The position numbers were made by a program, and so were the translations under genes. Shown piece by piece: positions 8,154-17,698 of a stretch of 35,219 bases of DNA. The stretch lies in assembly GCA_022562655.1 (NCBI GenBank), contig JADFOU010000001.1:392-35610 (forward strand), written 5' to 3'. The DNA comes from a candidate division TA06 bacterium. Its GTDB lineage: Bacteria; Hydrothermota; DG-26; E44-bin18; JADFOU01. Position 1 is the stretch's first letter. Each line of letters begins with the position of its first letter. Under the pieces are notes generated by a model. It was not told where the DNA came from. It searched no databases and saw nothing but the letters and a program-made list of their open reading frames with translations.

Positions 8154-10073
8154 TTACTGAATAGATGGGACAAGAATCTTACTATCTGCAACCATCAACT
8201 TTTCTTCAACCGTATTTGCGATCTTATTGGATGAGAGACCAACCAGATCCAGGAGAAGCTCCCGGGGTCCGTGATCAACAAAGCGATCTGGTATTCCCAG
8301 ATGATGAAGACTGTTCCTCTGGATATGGCGGGCTTTGAGAAAATTGGCTACCGCGCATCCAAAACCTCCCTGTAAGACATTCTCCTCAATGGTAAGGATG
8401 GATGGATACCGGTTTGCAAGGTCGAGTAACTGTTCTTCATCCAAGGGTTTCACGAATCGGCAATTGACCAACCCCGGATAGACCCCCTTCTCTCTGAGGC
8501 TCTGACACGCACTCCGAGCTATTTCGACCATTGATCCGACGGCAAGTATCACCAAGTCTTCTCCTTGCTCCAACTCCTCCCAGGAACCGATCTTAATGGG
8601 TTGAAAATGAATCTTCGTTGAGAGCCGTATAGCCGAATCCTTCGGATAACGGATGACAAAAGGACCCCTCTCATAGGAAATGGCTGTATGAAGAAGGTTT
8701 CTCAATTCATCTCCATCCTTCGGGGCGGAGAGGATCATCCCGGGAAGGCAGGAGAGGTAGGAAAGGTCGAAAACCCCGTGATGGGTGGGCCCATCGGGCC
8801 CGACCAGCCCCGCCCGATCGAGACAGAAGACAACAGGGAGATTCTGGAGGGCGATATCATGGAGGATTTGATCAAAACTTCGCTGGAGAAAGGTGGAGTA
8901 TATGGCTGCCACCGGACGGAGCCCATTGGCAGCCAATCCTCCAGAGAAGGTTACGGCATAGGACTCTGCAATCCCTACATCGAAGAACCGATCGGGATAC
9001 TTCTTTTCAAATTTGACAAGCCCCGTTCCTTCCGCCATTGCCGCCGTGATGACACATACACGAGAGTTCTTCTCTGCCATTTTTATGAGGGCATCCACAA
9101 GGACTTCACTGTAAGAAGGCACCGTTTTTTGCTTAAGGGTGGCTTTGGGTTTCACTGCCCCCTTTAATGCATAAAATTTTACCGGATCCTTCTCCGCATC
9201 CTTCACCCCTTTCCCTTTCACGGTGAGGACATGAAGAAGGTTGGGTCCCCTCAATCTCTTGAGCCGCTTCAAGATGGAGACGAGTTCTTTCAAATCATTG
9301 CCATCGATGGGACCAAAATATCGGAAGCCCAATTCTTCAAATAGCATTCCGGGAACCAGGAATCCCTTGAGGCTCTCTTCTGCGCGATGAACCCACGCCC
9401 TCACCGTCTCCTTTCCCCCCGGCATTTTTTCAGTAAGTTTCCAGATCTCCTTCTTGAACCGATTATAAATGGGGTTGGTCGTGAGACCTGTGAGATATTG
9501 GGAGATAGCCCCCACATTGGGGGATATGGCCATTCGGTTGTCATTGAGGATGACGAGGATATCGGTTTTTTGGGCACCGGCATTGTTAAGCCCTTCATAG
9601 GCAAGACCACCCGTCAAGGCTCCATCCCCAATGACAGTGACAACTTTATAATTTTCCTCCTTGAGATCTCTCGCCACGGCGAAACCCATTGCTGCAGCAA
9701 TGGCGGTAGAGGCATGTCCTGCTCCGAAGGTATCATAAGGGCTTTCCTCCCGTTTTAAGAAGCCACTGATCCCCCCAAACTGGCGGATCCTCTGAAACGC
9801 CTCCTTTCTCCCAGTAATGATTTTATGAAAGTAGGCCTGATGTCCAATATCCCACACCAGGATATCCCTCGGGGTGTCGTAGACAGAATGGAGGGCAAGG
9901 GTGAGTTCTACCACACCCAGGTTGGGGGCGAAGTGCCCTCCCGTCTCTTTGACGATGGGAACCATGTACTCCCTCAAGTCCCCGGCAAGTTGTTCCAGTT
10001 CCTTGGTGGAAAGCCCCTTCAGATCTTTCGGGGTCTCAACTCGATCGAGAACTGAGAATTTTGATTTTTTCAT
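8154..10073 (-). CDS. dxs: 1-deoxy-D-xylulose-5-phosphate synthase
   Basis: 639 aa with HFAPNLGVVELT, the GDGALTGG ThDP motif, and transketolase-like pyrimidine-binding and C-terminal domains. Confidence 0.95.
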   Translation of the reverse strand: MKKSKFSVLDRVETPKDLKGLSTKELEQLAGDLREYMVPIVKETGGHFAPNLGVVELTLALHSVYDTPRDILVWDIGHQAYFHKIITGRKEAFQRIRQFGGISGFLKREESPYDTFGAGHASTAIAAAMGFAVARDLKEENYKVVTVIGDGALTGGLAYEGLNNAGAQKTDILVILNDNRMAISPNVGAISQYLTGLTTNPIYNRFKKEIWKLTEKMPGGKETVRAWVHRAEESLKGFLVPGMLFEELGFRYFGPIDGNDLKELVSILKRLKRLRGPNLLHVLTVKGKGVKDAEKDPVKFYALKGAVKPKATLKQKTVPSYSEVLVDALIKMAEKNSRVCVITAAMAEGTGLVKFEKKYPDRFFDVGIAESYAVTFSGGLAANGLRPVAAIYSTFLQRSFDQILHDIALQNLPVVFCLDRAGLVGPDGPTHHGVFDLSYLSCLPGMILSAPKDGDELRNLLHTAISYERGPFVIRYPKDSAIRLSTKIHFQPIKIGSWEELEQGEDLVILAVGSMVEIARSACQSLREKGVYPGLVNCRFVKPLDEEQLLDLANRYPSILTIEENVLQGGFGCAVANFLKARHIQRNSLHHLGIPDRFVDHGPRELLLDLVGLSSNKIANTVEEKLMVADSKILVPSIQ

Positions 10074-10091
10074 TCGGTATTCCCTTTTCTC

Positions 10092-11244
10092 CTACTCACT
10101 ATTCTTAATGATCTCATTTGCTATGACGATCCGTTGAATCTCGCTTGTCCCCTCACCGATCTCGCAAACCTTTGCATCCCTCATATATCGCTCTACAGGA
10201 TAATCTTTGATATAGCCATATCCACCAAAGATCTGGACGGCTTTCGTGGTTACCCGCATTGCCAATTCTGAGTTGTAGAGTTTCGCCATGGAGGCTTCCT
10301 TCCGGAAGGGCTTACCTTGATCCTTAAGGCGAGCCGCTTCATAGACGAGATGTCGTCCGCATTCGATCTCTGTCGCCATATTCGCCAGCATAAACCGGAT
10401 CGCCTGAAATCGGTTGATCGGCTCTCCAAACTGCCTCCTCTCGGAAGAGTATTGCAAAGCGGCTTCATAAGCAGTTTCTGCAATCCCGAGAGAGAGGGCA
10501 GCAATACTGATCCGTCCATGGTCGAGACCTACAAGGGTCTGTTCAAATCCCCTTCCTTCCTGACCCAATAGGTTTTCCTTCGGAACTTTTACATTTTCAA
10601 AGACGAGGGAACGGGTGTCGGAAGCCCTCCACCCCATCTTGTCCTCCGCCTTCCCTACTTGAAACCCCTCCATCTCTTTCTCTAAAATAAAGATGCTGAG
10701 TGCCACCCGATTCGGGTGCTCCTTTTCACTTTCAGTCACGGCGGTAATGACAATGACATCTGCAACACCCCCATTGGTAGAGAAGTTCTTGCTTCCATTG
10801 AGGAGGTAGCGGCGGGCTTTGGCGAACCGCTCTTGTCGAGATCCCTTTTAAGTCCGAACCAGCTCCAGGTTCCGTAAGGGCAACAGCCCCTATCTTCTCC
10901 CCCTTCGACATAGGAACCAAATACTTCTCCTTCTGTTCCTCCGTCCCGAAGAGGTATATAGGACCCGCGGAATTGGAAGTATGGGTCGCCACAGTGACAG
11001 CGGTGGAGGCACATCCCTTTGCCAATTCCTCGATGACCAGAGCATAACTGAAATAATCCAAACCTGTACCGCCGTATTTCTCCGGAACAGGGATCCCCAG
11101 GAACCCCAGTTCCCCCAATTTCCGGATATTCTCCATGGGAAACTGGCAGGTCTGATCAATCTCAGCGGCGATGGGAGCCACCTCTTTCTGGACGAACTCC
11201 CTCGCCATCCTCTGGATCATCTTTTGATCTTCAGTCAGTTCCAT
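10092..11244 (-). pseudogene. Acyl-CoA dehydrogenase interrupted by a single frameshift near 10805..10825
   Basis: Track ORFs 10732..11244 (N-terminal half, ...LTEPGAGSDLKGISTRAV) and 10092..10739 (C-terminal half) belong to one ACAD. The downstream frame, read upstream by hand, gives ARRYLLNGSKNFSTNGGVADVIVITAVTESEK. This is the expected continuation, but it sits in another frame. Confidence 0.8.
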
Positions 11245-11315
11245 GACACATCGGTTAAATGGTAACGGGTGAGTGGTTAAATTTAAACATTTAACTATTT
11301 AACCAATTACTATTC
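11245..11315. repeat. Intergenic GGTTAAAT-family element, copy A
   Basis: ggttaaatggtaa at 11253..11265 and catttaactatttaaccaa at 11288..11306. The latter is a 19-nt exact match to 17677..17695. Confidence 0.7.
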
Positions 11316-13643
11316 TTACAGGTTTTCCAGTATCTTCAACACTTCCTCCGTATGTTCATCTACTTGAACATTGGGGAAGATGTGGCGAAGAATACCATTC
11401 TTGTCAATGATAAAGGTAACCCGTTTGTCCCATCCCTTCTCACTGAGAACTCCATAGCGTTTGCTCACCTCTTTCTCTTCATCACTCAAAAGGGTGAAGT
11501 TGAGGTTGTATTTCTCCTTAAACTTCTCGTGAGAGTCTAGACCGTCCACACTCACCCCCAAAATTTCAGTATTGAGTGCTTCAATCCTTGAGAGATTATC
11601 CCGGAAACTGCAAGCCTCTTTCGTACATCCAGGCGTATCGTCCATTGGATAGAAGTATAGAACTACATTTTTCTTTCCCTGAAAATCCTTGAGGCTCACG
11701 TCCCGACCGCCAATGGTTTTGAGTGTAAAATCCGGTGCCGGCTTTCCCACTTCTAACAAATCACTCATCTCGTCTTCTCCTTTTTCTTTCTCTTCAGATT
11801 CTCTCACCGGTTCTCCACCTCCCCTTTTCCCTAAGGTTGCCTTTAAGGCGATCTCTCCTCTCTCCCTCAAAACGAGAAGATCCACCGCATCCCCAGATTT
11901 CTTTGAACGAAGTGCATAAGTTAAATCATAAAGATCCTTGATCCCCTTCCCATCAAATTTTATGATCACATCTTCTCCCTGCAGCCCTGCCTTCTCTGCC
12001 GGGCTTCCTGCACGTACGCCGGTTATTCTCACCCCCTCATCCTCAAACCCAAATTCAGGAATCACTCCGAGATAAGCTCCATACCCTCTCCCTCCTCCCA
12101 TACTCCTCCTTGGCGCAGAGGCAACCTCAACATAAGTGGGAGGCTCAGAAGACCTTTGAATGGATTGAATGGTGCGATAGACCAATTGGGTCACCCGTTT
12201 GAGACCCCGAGTATTAATCTTCTCCCAATCATCGGAGGGTCTATGGTAGTCCTTATGGACGCCGGTGAAGAAGAAGAGGACGGGGATCTTTTTGGAATAA
12301 AAAGAAGTGTGGTCACTGGGTCCATAGCCATCATCGTGATAGGAGATGTCGAACTTCGCCTTCCGATTCAACCGTTTCAGGGTATTTTTCCACCCTTTCC
12401 CTGTTTCCACCCCGCTCACCATCAATTTATTGTTTTTGCTCCTACCGATCATATCCATATTGATCATGCCAATGGTCTCTTCCAGAGGAAGAGGAGGGTT
12501 GTTCACATAATGGTTAGACCCCAGAAGACCCAACTCCTCGCCGGTAAAAGCAACGAAGACGATGTTTCGTCTCAGACGGCTCTTTTGCAGAGCAAAGGCT
12601 TCCGCCAGTTCAAGAAGCCCCGCAGTTCCGGATGCGTTATCATCGGCGCCATTGTGTATCTCTGACCGATCTGGATCCAAACTCCCCGATCCTCCATAGC
12701 CCAGGTGGTCGTAATGGGCTCCCACGACAATCGTTTCATGAGAATTTCTTCCTTCCAAATAACCCACCACATTCCGAGCCTTCTTCTTCTCACGGACCAG
12801 ATCCACATAAGCCTTCACTTCCACTCCTACCATCGAAAAGGATTCTGGCTTTAGATCTTGATCGATCTTTGATTGAATCTCTTTTAAATCTTTCCCTTGC
12901 TTTTTCAACATCTCTTCAAGAAAGGAACGCTTCAAATGAAAGGCTGGAATCCCAGCATCTCTGGTTCCTGCATACCCAAGCCTCACAAGCTCATCCTCCT
13001 CATCCAAATGATTGTTTGGGTCATTGACCAGGAACAACCCAATAGCTCCATGATGCCGGGCGTTGATCACTTTGTCTCGGAGACCTGCATAACGTGTGAA
13101 ACCAGTGCCTCGAAATACGGAATTCTCATCTTTCTCTTGGGGTTCGTGACGGAGGATTACAACGATCTTTCCATCGACCTCTATGTCCGCATAATCATCA
13201 TAATGATATTCCTCTGCCGTAATTCCATATCCACAAAATACCATTTCCCCTTCCAACTCTCCTGAAGAAGAGAATCCAAAGGGAATGTAATCTTCTTCAA
13301 GTTTAAGTGCGGGATGCGGAGTGCGGGATTCGGAATGCACAAACTCTAAGGAGTTCTCTTCCCCGAGGTGGACACCGGAGACAACCTCTAAAAACTGGAA
13401 GTAGGTTCCGTCGTCACCCTGGGGAGAGAGTCCGTATTTTTCAAACTCCTTTGCAATATACTCCCCTGCCTTCCACTCCCCCTCTTCCCCTGCCCTCCGG
13501 CCTTCCAGTTCATCACTGGCTAAATACTGTATGTGCCTCAATAAATCCTCCGAGTGAATGCTCCGGAGCCCCTTTGTCTGAGAGGGAGTAGCGGCATAGG
13601 ACAATGATCCGCCTAAGGCGGATAAAATGACAAAGGCAGACAT
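11316..13643 (-). CDS. Fusion protein: signal peptide + PA domain/M28 aminopeptidase + PDZ + C-terminal Bcp-type peroxiredoxin
   Basis: M28 zinc-ligand motifs (HYDHLGYGG, GADDNASG, GEELGLLGS, NMDMIG, GPSDH). PDZ (GVRITGVRAGSPAEKAGLQGEDVI). Then, with no stop, a complete Bcp (FYPMDDTPGCTKEAC) from 11768 to 11316. Start set at MSAFVILSALGGSLSYAA (13643). The longer track ORF would overlap pdxT. Confidence 0.75.
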   Translation of the reverse strand: MSAFVILSALGGSLSYAATPSQTKGLRSIHSEDLLRHIQYLASDELEGRRAGEEGEWKAGEYIAKEFEKYGLSPQGDDGTYFQFLEVVSGVHLGEENSLEFVHSESRTPHPALKLEEDYIPFGFSSSGELEGEMVFCGYGITAEEYHYDDYADIEVDGKIVVILRHEPQEKDENSVFRGTGFTRYAGLRDKVINARHHGAIGLFLVNDPNNHLDEEDELVRLGYAGTRDAGIPAFHLKRSFLEEMLKKQGKDLKEIQSKIDQDLKPESFSMVGVEVKAYVDLVREKKKARNVVGYLEGRNSHETIVVGAHYDHLGYGGSGSLDPDRSEIHNGADDNASGTAGLLELAEAFALQKSRLRRNIVFVAFTGEELGLLGSNHYVNNPPLPLEETIGMINMDMIGRSKNNKLMVSGVETGKGWKNTLKRLNRKAKFDISYHDDGYGPSDHTSFYSKKIPVLFFFTGVHKDYHRPSDDWEKINTRGLKRVTQLVYRTIQSIQRSSEPPTYVEVASAPRRSMGGGRGYGAYLGVIPEFGFEDEGVRITGVRAGSPAEKAGLQGEDVIIKFDGKGIKDLYDLTYALRSKKSGDAVDLLVLRERGEIALKATLGKRGGGEPVRESEEKEKGEDEMSDLLEVGKPAPDFTLKTIGGRDVSLKDFQGKKNVVLYFYPMDDTPGCTKEACSFRDNLSRIEALNTEILGVSVDGLDSHEKFKEKYNLNFTLLSDEEKEVSKRYGVLSEKGWDKRVTFIIDKNGILRHIFPNVQVDEHTEEVLKILENL

Positions 13644-13645
13644 TA

Positions 13646-13683
13646 GACTTTGGACTTTGGACTTTAGTCTACAGTCTACAGTC
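13646..13683. repeat. Heptamer micro-tandem repeats just upstream of the peptidase start
   Basis: gactttg-gactttg-gacttta (13646..13666) followed by gtctaca-gtctaca-gtc (13667..13683). Read directly from the sequence. Confidence 0.85.
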
Positions 13684-13773
13684 AATAGTCTATGGTCTAT
13701 TGCATTTGTCATTTGATTATAAGTATGCCTCCGTGACTCAATAGCCAAATACCCCGATCGCAGGAGAATTTTG

Positions 13774-14349
13774 TCATTTGTCATTGATTCTCACAAATTC
13801 ATCCACAAAATACCGGTGGATTCGAACATCGGGAGTGAGTTCAGGATGAAATGTAGAGACTAAAATCCGCTCATTCTTCGACATCACAACCTCACCCTTA
13901 CACGTCGCCAGAGACTCCGTTCCTTCTCCAAGCCGTGTGATTTTAGGGGCACGGATGAAGACCATCCGAATCCCAGCACCATTTCCAAGAAAGGGAGCCT
14001 CTCCTTCTGCCTCAAAGGAGTGGATCTGCCTCCCATAAGCATTCCGCTTCACGGTGAGGTCAATGAGATTCAAGGTCTCTTTCTGGATCCCTTCAATTTC
14101 TTTTGCCAGAAGGATCATCCCGGCACAGGTGCCGAAGATGGGCTTTTCATATTCCTGGATCGCCTGGAAAAGACCATTCCACTGGAGAAGACTCCACAGC
14201 GTTGTGGTTTCCCCTCCAGGGAGAATCAATCCATCGCACTTATTTAAATCCTCGCAACTCTTCACCCGATGCGAATCAACCCCGATCTCTTTGAGTCGCT
14301 TCTCGTGCCGTTCAAAATCCCCTTGGAGGGCAAGGATACCGATAAGCAT
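13774..14349 (-). CDS. pdxT: Pyridoxal 5'-phosphate synthase glutaminase subunit PdxT
   Basis: IGILALQGDF, LILPGGETTT and GTCAGMILL (catalytic Cys). Start at MLIGIL (14349), with AAGGAAG 5-6 nt upstream. Confidence 0.9.
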   Translation of the reverse strand: MLIGILALQGDFERHEKRLKEIGVDSHRVKSCEDLNKCDGLILPGGETTTLWSLLQWNGLFQAIQEYEKPIFGTCAGMILLAKEIEGIQKETLNLIDLTVKRNAYGRQIHSFEAEGEAPFLGNGAGIRMVFIRAPKITRLGEGTESLATCKGEVVMSKNERILVSTFHPELTPDVRIHRYFVDEFVRINDK

Positions 14350-14363
14350 TGAACTTCCTTTCA

Positions 14364-14542
14364 ACCACAAGATTACACGAGATTAGAACAATAGTAGCAG
14401 TGGCAGTAGCAGTTGGTAGGACAATTTGTCAGTATATTTATCGAATTAATAATTGATTTAAACCACAAGATTAGTACGGATTGTATCAGGGTTTAAAGAA
14501 CTATAAGAAAATCTTGTGATAATCTGTGAAATCTCGTGGTTA
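14364..14542. repeat. Word repeats filling the pdxS-pdxT spacer
   Basis: aaccacaagatta occurs at 14364..14376 and again at 14461..14473 (direct repeat). aatcttgtg (14510..14518) and aatctcgtg (14530..14538) are complements of cacaagatt (14367..14375) and cacgagatt (14377..14385). There is also a gcagtagcag-type stutter at 14392..14412. Confidence 0.6.
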
Positions 14543-14551
14543 CTTTTTAGT

Positions 14552-15442
14552 TCACCATCCCCGGGTCTGGAGGAGTTTTTCGGGTTCGATCTCGGCAATG
14601 TCAAGCCCCTTCATGGGCTCTCCCAGCCCTCCAGAGACCCTTGCCAGAACTTCGGGATCATTGAAATGGGTTGTTGCCAAGACAATGGCACGAGCCCGCT
14701 TATCAGGATCGCTCGACTTGAAGATCCCGGATCCCACGAAGACGGATTCGGCACCCAGCTGCATCATCAGGGCGGCATCGGCCGGGGTAGCGATCCCACC
14801 GGCAGCGAAGTTGGGTACAGGCAGACTGCCTTTCTTGGCAACCCCCTTCACCAGTTCCAGTGGAACCCGATACTCTCGGGCTCTTTCCTTTAACCCCTTC
14901 TCGTCCATTTCTTGGAGTTCCCGGATCGCCTTGGTGACCGCCTTCATATGACGAACCGCCTCCACCACATTCCCACTCCCTGCCTCCCCCTTCGTTCGGA
15001 TCATCGCCGCACCTTCATCCACCCGTCGGAGGGCTTCACCCAGTTCTCTTGCCCCGCAGACAAAGGGAATCTTGAAAGGATGTTTTTGAATATGATGCTC
15101 CTCATCGGCAGGGGTCAAAACTTCACTCTCATCCATGAAGTCCACTTCCAAGGCTTCCAGTATCTGGGCCTCTACAAAGTGTCCGATCCGGCACTTCGCC
15201 ATGACCGGGATGGAGACACCCGCTTGAATGGCTTTGATCTTATCAGAATCTGCCATTCGGGCGACCCCACCCTCTTTCCGAATATCAGCCGGCACACGCT
15301 CCAAAGCCATCACCGCCACTGCCCCTGCTTTCTCCGCAATCCTCGCCTGCTCGACATCGATGACATCCATGATGACCCCACCTTTGAGCATCTCCGCCAA
15401 GCCGACCTTTACCCGAAAATTGTCACTATTGTTCTCACCCAT
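14552..15442 (-). CDS. pdxS: Pyridoxal 5'-phosphate synthase lyase subunit PdxS
   Basis: Highly conserved PdxS sequence ([34 protein letters not shown]-like). AGGAGG lies upstream of the ATG. Confidence 0.95.
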   Translation of the reverse strand: MGENNSDNFRVKVGLAEMLKGGVIMDVIDVEQARIAEKAGAVAVMALERVPADIRKEGGVARMADSDKIKAIQAGVSIPVMAKCRIGHFVEAQILEALEVDFMDESEVLTPADEEHHIQKHPFKIPFVCGARELGEALRRVDEGAAMIRTKGEAGSGNVVEAVRHMKAVTKAIRELQEMDEKGLKERAREYRVPLELVKGVAKKGSLPVPNFAAGGIATPADAALMMQLGAESVFVGSGIFKSSDPDKRARAIVLATTHFNDPEVLARVSGGLGEPMKGLDIAEIEPEKLLQTRGW

Positions 15443-15469
15443 CTGAACCTCCTAAAAAACGTATAGATC

Positions 15470-16192
15470 TTACAAAGCGACTTCTGCCTCAATGGCCGTT
15501 AGTAGTGAATGATGAATGTACTCCTCAGTGAACAAGGGGTGAATACTAAAGACCTCCTCAAAGCCTTTGACAATTCGCTCTTTTACTTCTTCCAATTCAA
15601 GAGATCTCCCCAGGAGTTTTTCAAGAGAGGTCACCCCTTTATCGTTGATTCCACATGGACAGATGAGGTTGAAGTAGGAGAGATCGGTATTCACATTCAT
15701 GGCAAATCCGTGAAAGGTGATCCAGTGCTTTACCGCCACGCCGATTGCTGCAATCTTCTCCCCATTCACCCAGACCCCAGTGTATCCTTCCACCCGCTCT
15801 CCTTTTAGAGAATAAGACTCAAGAGTTTGTATAAGAACTTCTTCCAAGTTTCTCAAAAACCGATGGAGGTCTTTCCCGTGGCGATTGAGGTCGAAGATGG
15901 GATAACCCACGATCTGACCCGGCCCATGATAGGTGACATCTCCTCCCCGTTCAATCTCGTAGAGTAAAACCCCTTTCTCGCGAAGGGTTTGAGAATCAAC
16001 CAGAATATTCTTTCCATCTCCCCCTCGACCTACCGTGATTACAGGAGGATGTTCAACAAAGAGAAGAAGGTCTTCCTCTCTTCCATTCCGCTTCTCTTCT
16101 ACCCGTTTGTGCTGCAGGTCAAGGGCGGCATTATAGTCCATTCGACCCAAATCCAGAATTGAACAAGGAGTTTTCATGGACCCATTCCTCAT
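15470..16192 (-). CDS. lipB: Octanoyl/lipoyl transferase LipB
   Basis: HPPVITVGRG, TYHGPGQIVGYPI, KIAAIGV and PCG motifs. ATG 16192 overlaps the lpd stop (ATGA). The alternative ATG at 16177 has a GAGGAA SD. Confidence 0.9.
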   Translation of the reverse strand: MRNGSMKTPCSILDLGRMDYNAALDLQHKRVEEKRNGREEDLLLFVEHPPVITVGRGGDGKNILVDSQTLREKGVLLYEIERGGDVTYHGPGQIVGYPIFDLNRHGKDLHRFLRNLEEVLIQTLESYSLKGERVEGYTGVWVNGEKIAAIGVAVKHWITFHGFAMNVNTDLSYFNLICPCGINDKGVTSLEKLLGRSLELEEVKERIVKGFEEVFSIHPLFTEEYIHHSLLTAIEAEVAL

Positions 16193-17613
16193 CTTTTATT
16201 CACAACATGAATCGCCTGGAGATTCACATTCAGGGCGGCTTCCATCACGGATTCGGAAAAGGTGGGGTGGACATGGATCGTAGAGGCCAAATCCTCAGCT
16301 GTGGCCTCCATTTCCATCGCCACCGCCGCCTCTGCAATCAATTCGGAGGCATGATGTCCTAAGATATGAACCCCTAATAGTTCATCCGTCTCGCGATCGG
16401 CGATGATCTTAACGAGACCCTCTGTCTCATCAACACTCCGGGCTCGTCCGCTCGCACGGAAGGGAAACCTTCCTACTTTCACCTCATGTCCTGCAGCTCT
16501 TGCCTCCTCTTCTGTTACCCCCACCCCCGCTAGTTCCGGATCGATGAAGACACAGTAAGGGACAACCCGCCAGGACATCGTTGCCGCTTTTCCTGCAAGG
16601 GCTTCTGCCAGAATGGTCCCCTCCCGGGAGGCCTTGTGGGCCAACTGTTGATTCCCCGCAACATCTCCAATGGCATAGATCCCCGGAATCCCTGTCTCCA
16701 ATTTCTCATTTACTTTAAAGTTCTCCTGACGATCCTTTTGAATTGAAAGGTTCTCCAACCCTAAATTATGGCTCAAAGGTCTCCTACCCACAGAGACCAA
16801 TACTTTGTCAAAGACCATCCGCCTCTCTTCCGTTTTTCCCTCTGCACCTGTAACCACAAGTTCAACCATTCCCTCCGGGGTGACATCCCCCTTTTCCACT
16901 TTCACCTTAAGGAGGATCTCCATCCCCTGATTTTTCATAATCCTCAATGCCTGGGTAGAGAGTTCCCGCTCCATGCCGGGCAGGATGGTGTCCTGCATCT
17001 CGATCACTGTGACCTTACTTCCCAGACGATGTAATATCGTTGCAATCTCCAGACCTACATAACCGCCGCCGATCACGCCAAAAGTCTTGGGAATCTCCCT
17101 AAGCTCCAGGGCATCCCTACTGTCAATTACCTCTTTGTGATTAAATGGAATCATCGGAAGTTGGACGGGTACAGAACCTGTAGCAATGATGATGGATTTT
17201 GCTTGAATCAATTGTGTCCCTCCACCATTGATCACCACCACTTCTCCAGGTTTGGGGATCTCACCTTCTCCCTCCACAAGCTCCACATGATTTCCCTTAA
17301 ACAGGGTATGGACTCCTCCCACGACTCCCTTCACCATCTCGTTCTTCCAGTCGATCATTTTCGAGGGATCCATAGAGACCTTCTCCGCCACAATCCCCCA
17401 CTGCTTTGCCTTCTCAATCTTGGAATAAAATTCTGTGATGGTGAGAAGGGCTTTGGAAGGGATACATCCATAGTTGAGACAAGTGCCTCCCAGGGCATCC
17501 CTTTCGACGACCAGGACAGACTTCCCCAACTGTCCTGCCCGGATGGCGGCAACATACCCTCCAGGCCCGCCACCGATTACCACAATGTCCTTTACGTTAT
17601 TCCCCTCAACCAT
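16189..17613 (-). CDS. lpd: Dihydrolipoyl dehydrogenase (E3)
   Basis: GGGPGGY FAD motif, redox disulfide GGTCLNYGCIPSK, and C-terminal HVHPTFSE. Confidence 0.95.
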   Translation of the reverse strand: MVEGNNVKDIVVIGGGPGGYVAAIRAGQLGKSVLVVERDALGGTCLNYGCIPSKALLTITEFYSKIEKAKQWGIVAEKVSMDPSKMIDWKNEMVKGVVGGVHTLFKGNHVELVEGEGEIPKPGEVVVINGGGTQLIQAKSIIIATGSVPVQLPMIPFNHKEVIDSRDALELREIPKTFGVIGGGYVGLEIATILHRLGSKVTVIEMQDTILPGMERELSTQALRIMKNQGMEILLKVKVEKGDVTPEGMVELVVTGAEGKTEERRMVFDKVLVSVGRRPLSHNLGLENLSIQKDRQENFKVNEKLETGIPGIYAIGDVAGNQQLAHKASREGTILAEALAGKAATMSWRVVPYCVFIDPELAGVGVTEEEARAAGHEVKVGRFPFRASGRARSVDETEGLVKIIADRETDELLGVHILGHHASELIAEAAVAMEMEATAEDLASTIHVHPTFSESVMEAALNVNLQAIHVVNKR

Positions 17614-17698
17614 ATTTTGGTTATCGGTAATTGGTTAAATGGTAATCTGTTAAATCACACTATTTAACCATTCAAGCATTTAACTATTTAACCAAATA
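17614..17698. repeat. Intergenic GGTTAAAT-family element, copy B
   Basis: ggttaaatggtaa at 17633..17645 and catttaactatttaaccaa at 17677..17695. Confidence 0.7.

Noticed and set aside
13606-13622. The 17-nt palindrome atccgcctaaggcggat also appears at 19181..19197 (gtccgccttaggcggat) and in degenerate form at 31387..31403.
   Set aside because: A single shared ~15-mer is about what chance predicts for 35 kb searched on both strands. The first copy lies inside coding sequence (signal peptide LSALGGS). I cannot support a functional repeat without genome-wide counts.
13644-13784. N-terminal 47-residue extension of the 822-aa ORF.
   Set aside because: It would overlap the pdxT 3' end and translate heptamer repeats. 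The Met at 13643 begins a proper signal peptide (MSAFVILSALGGSLSYAA).
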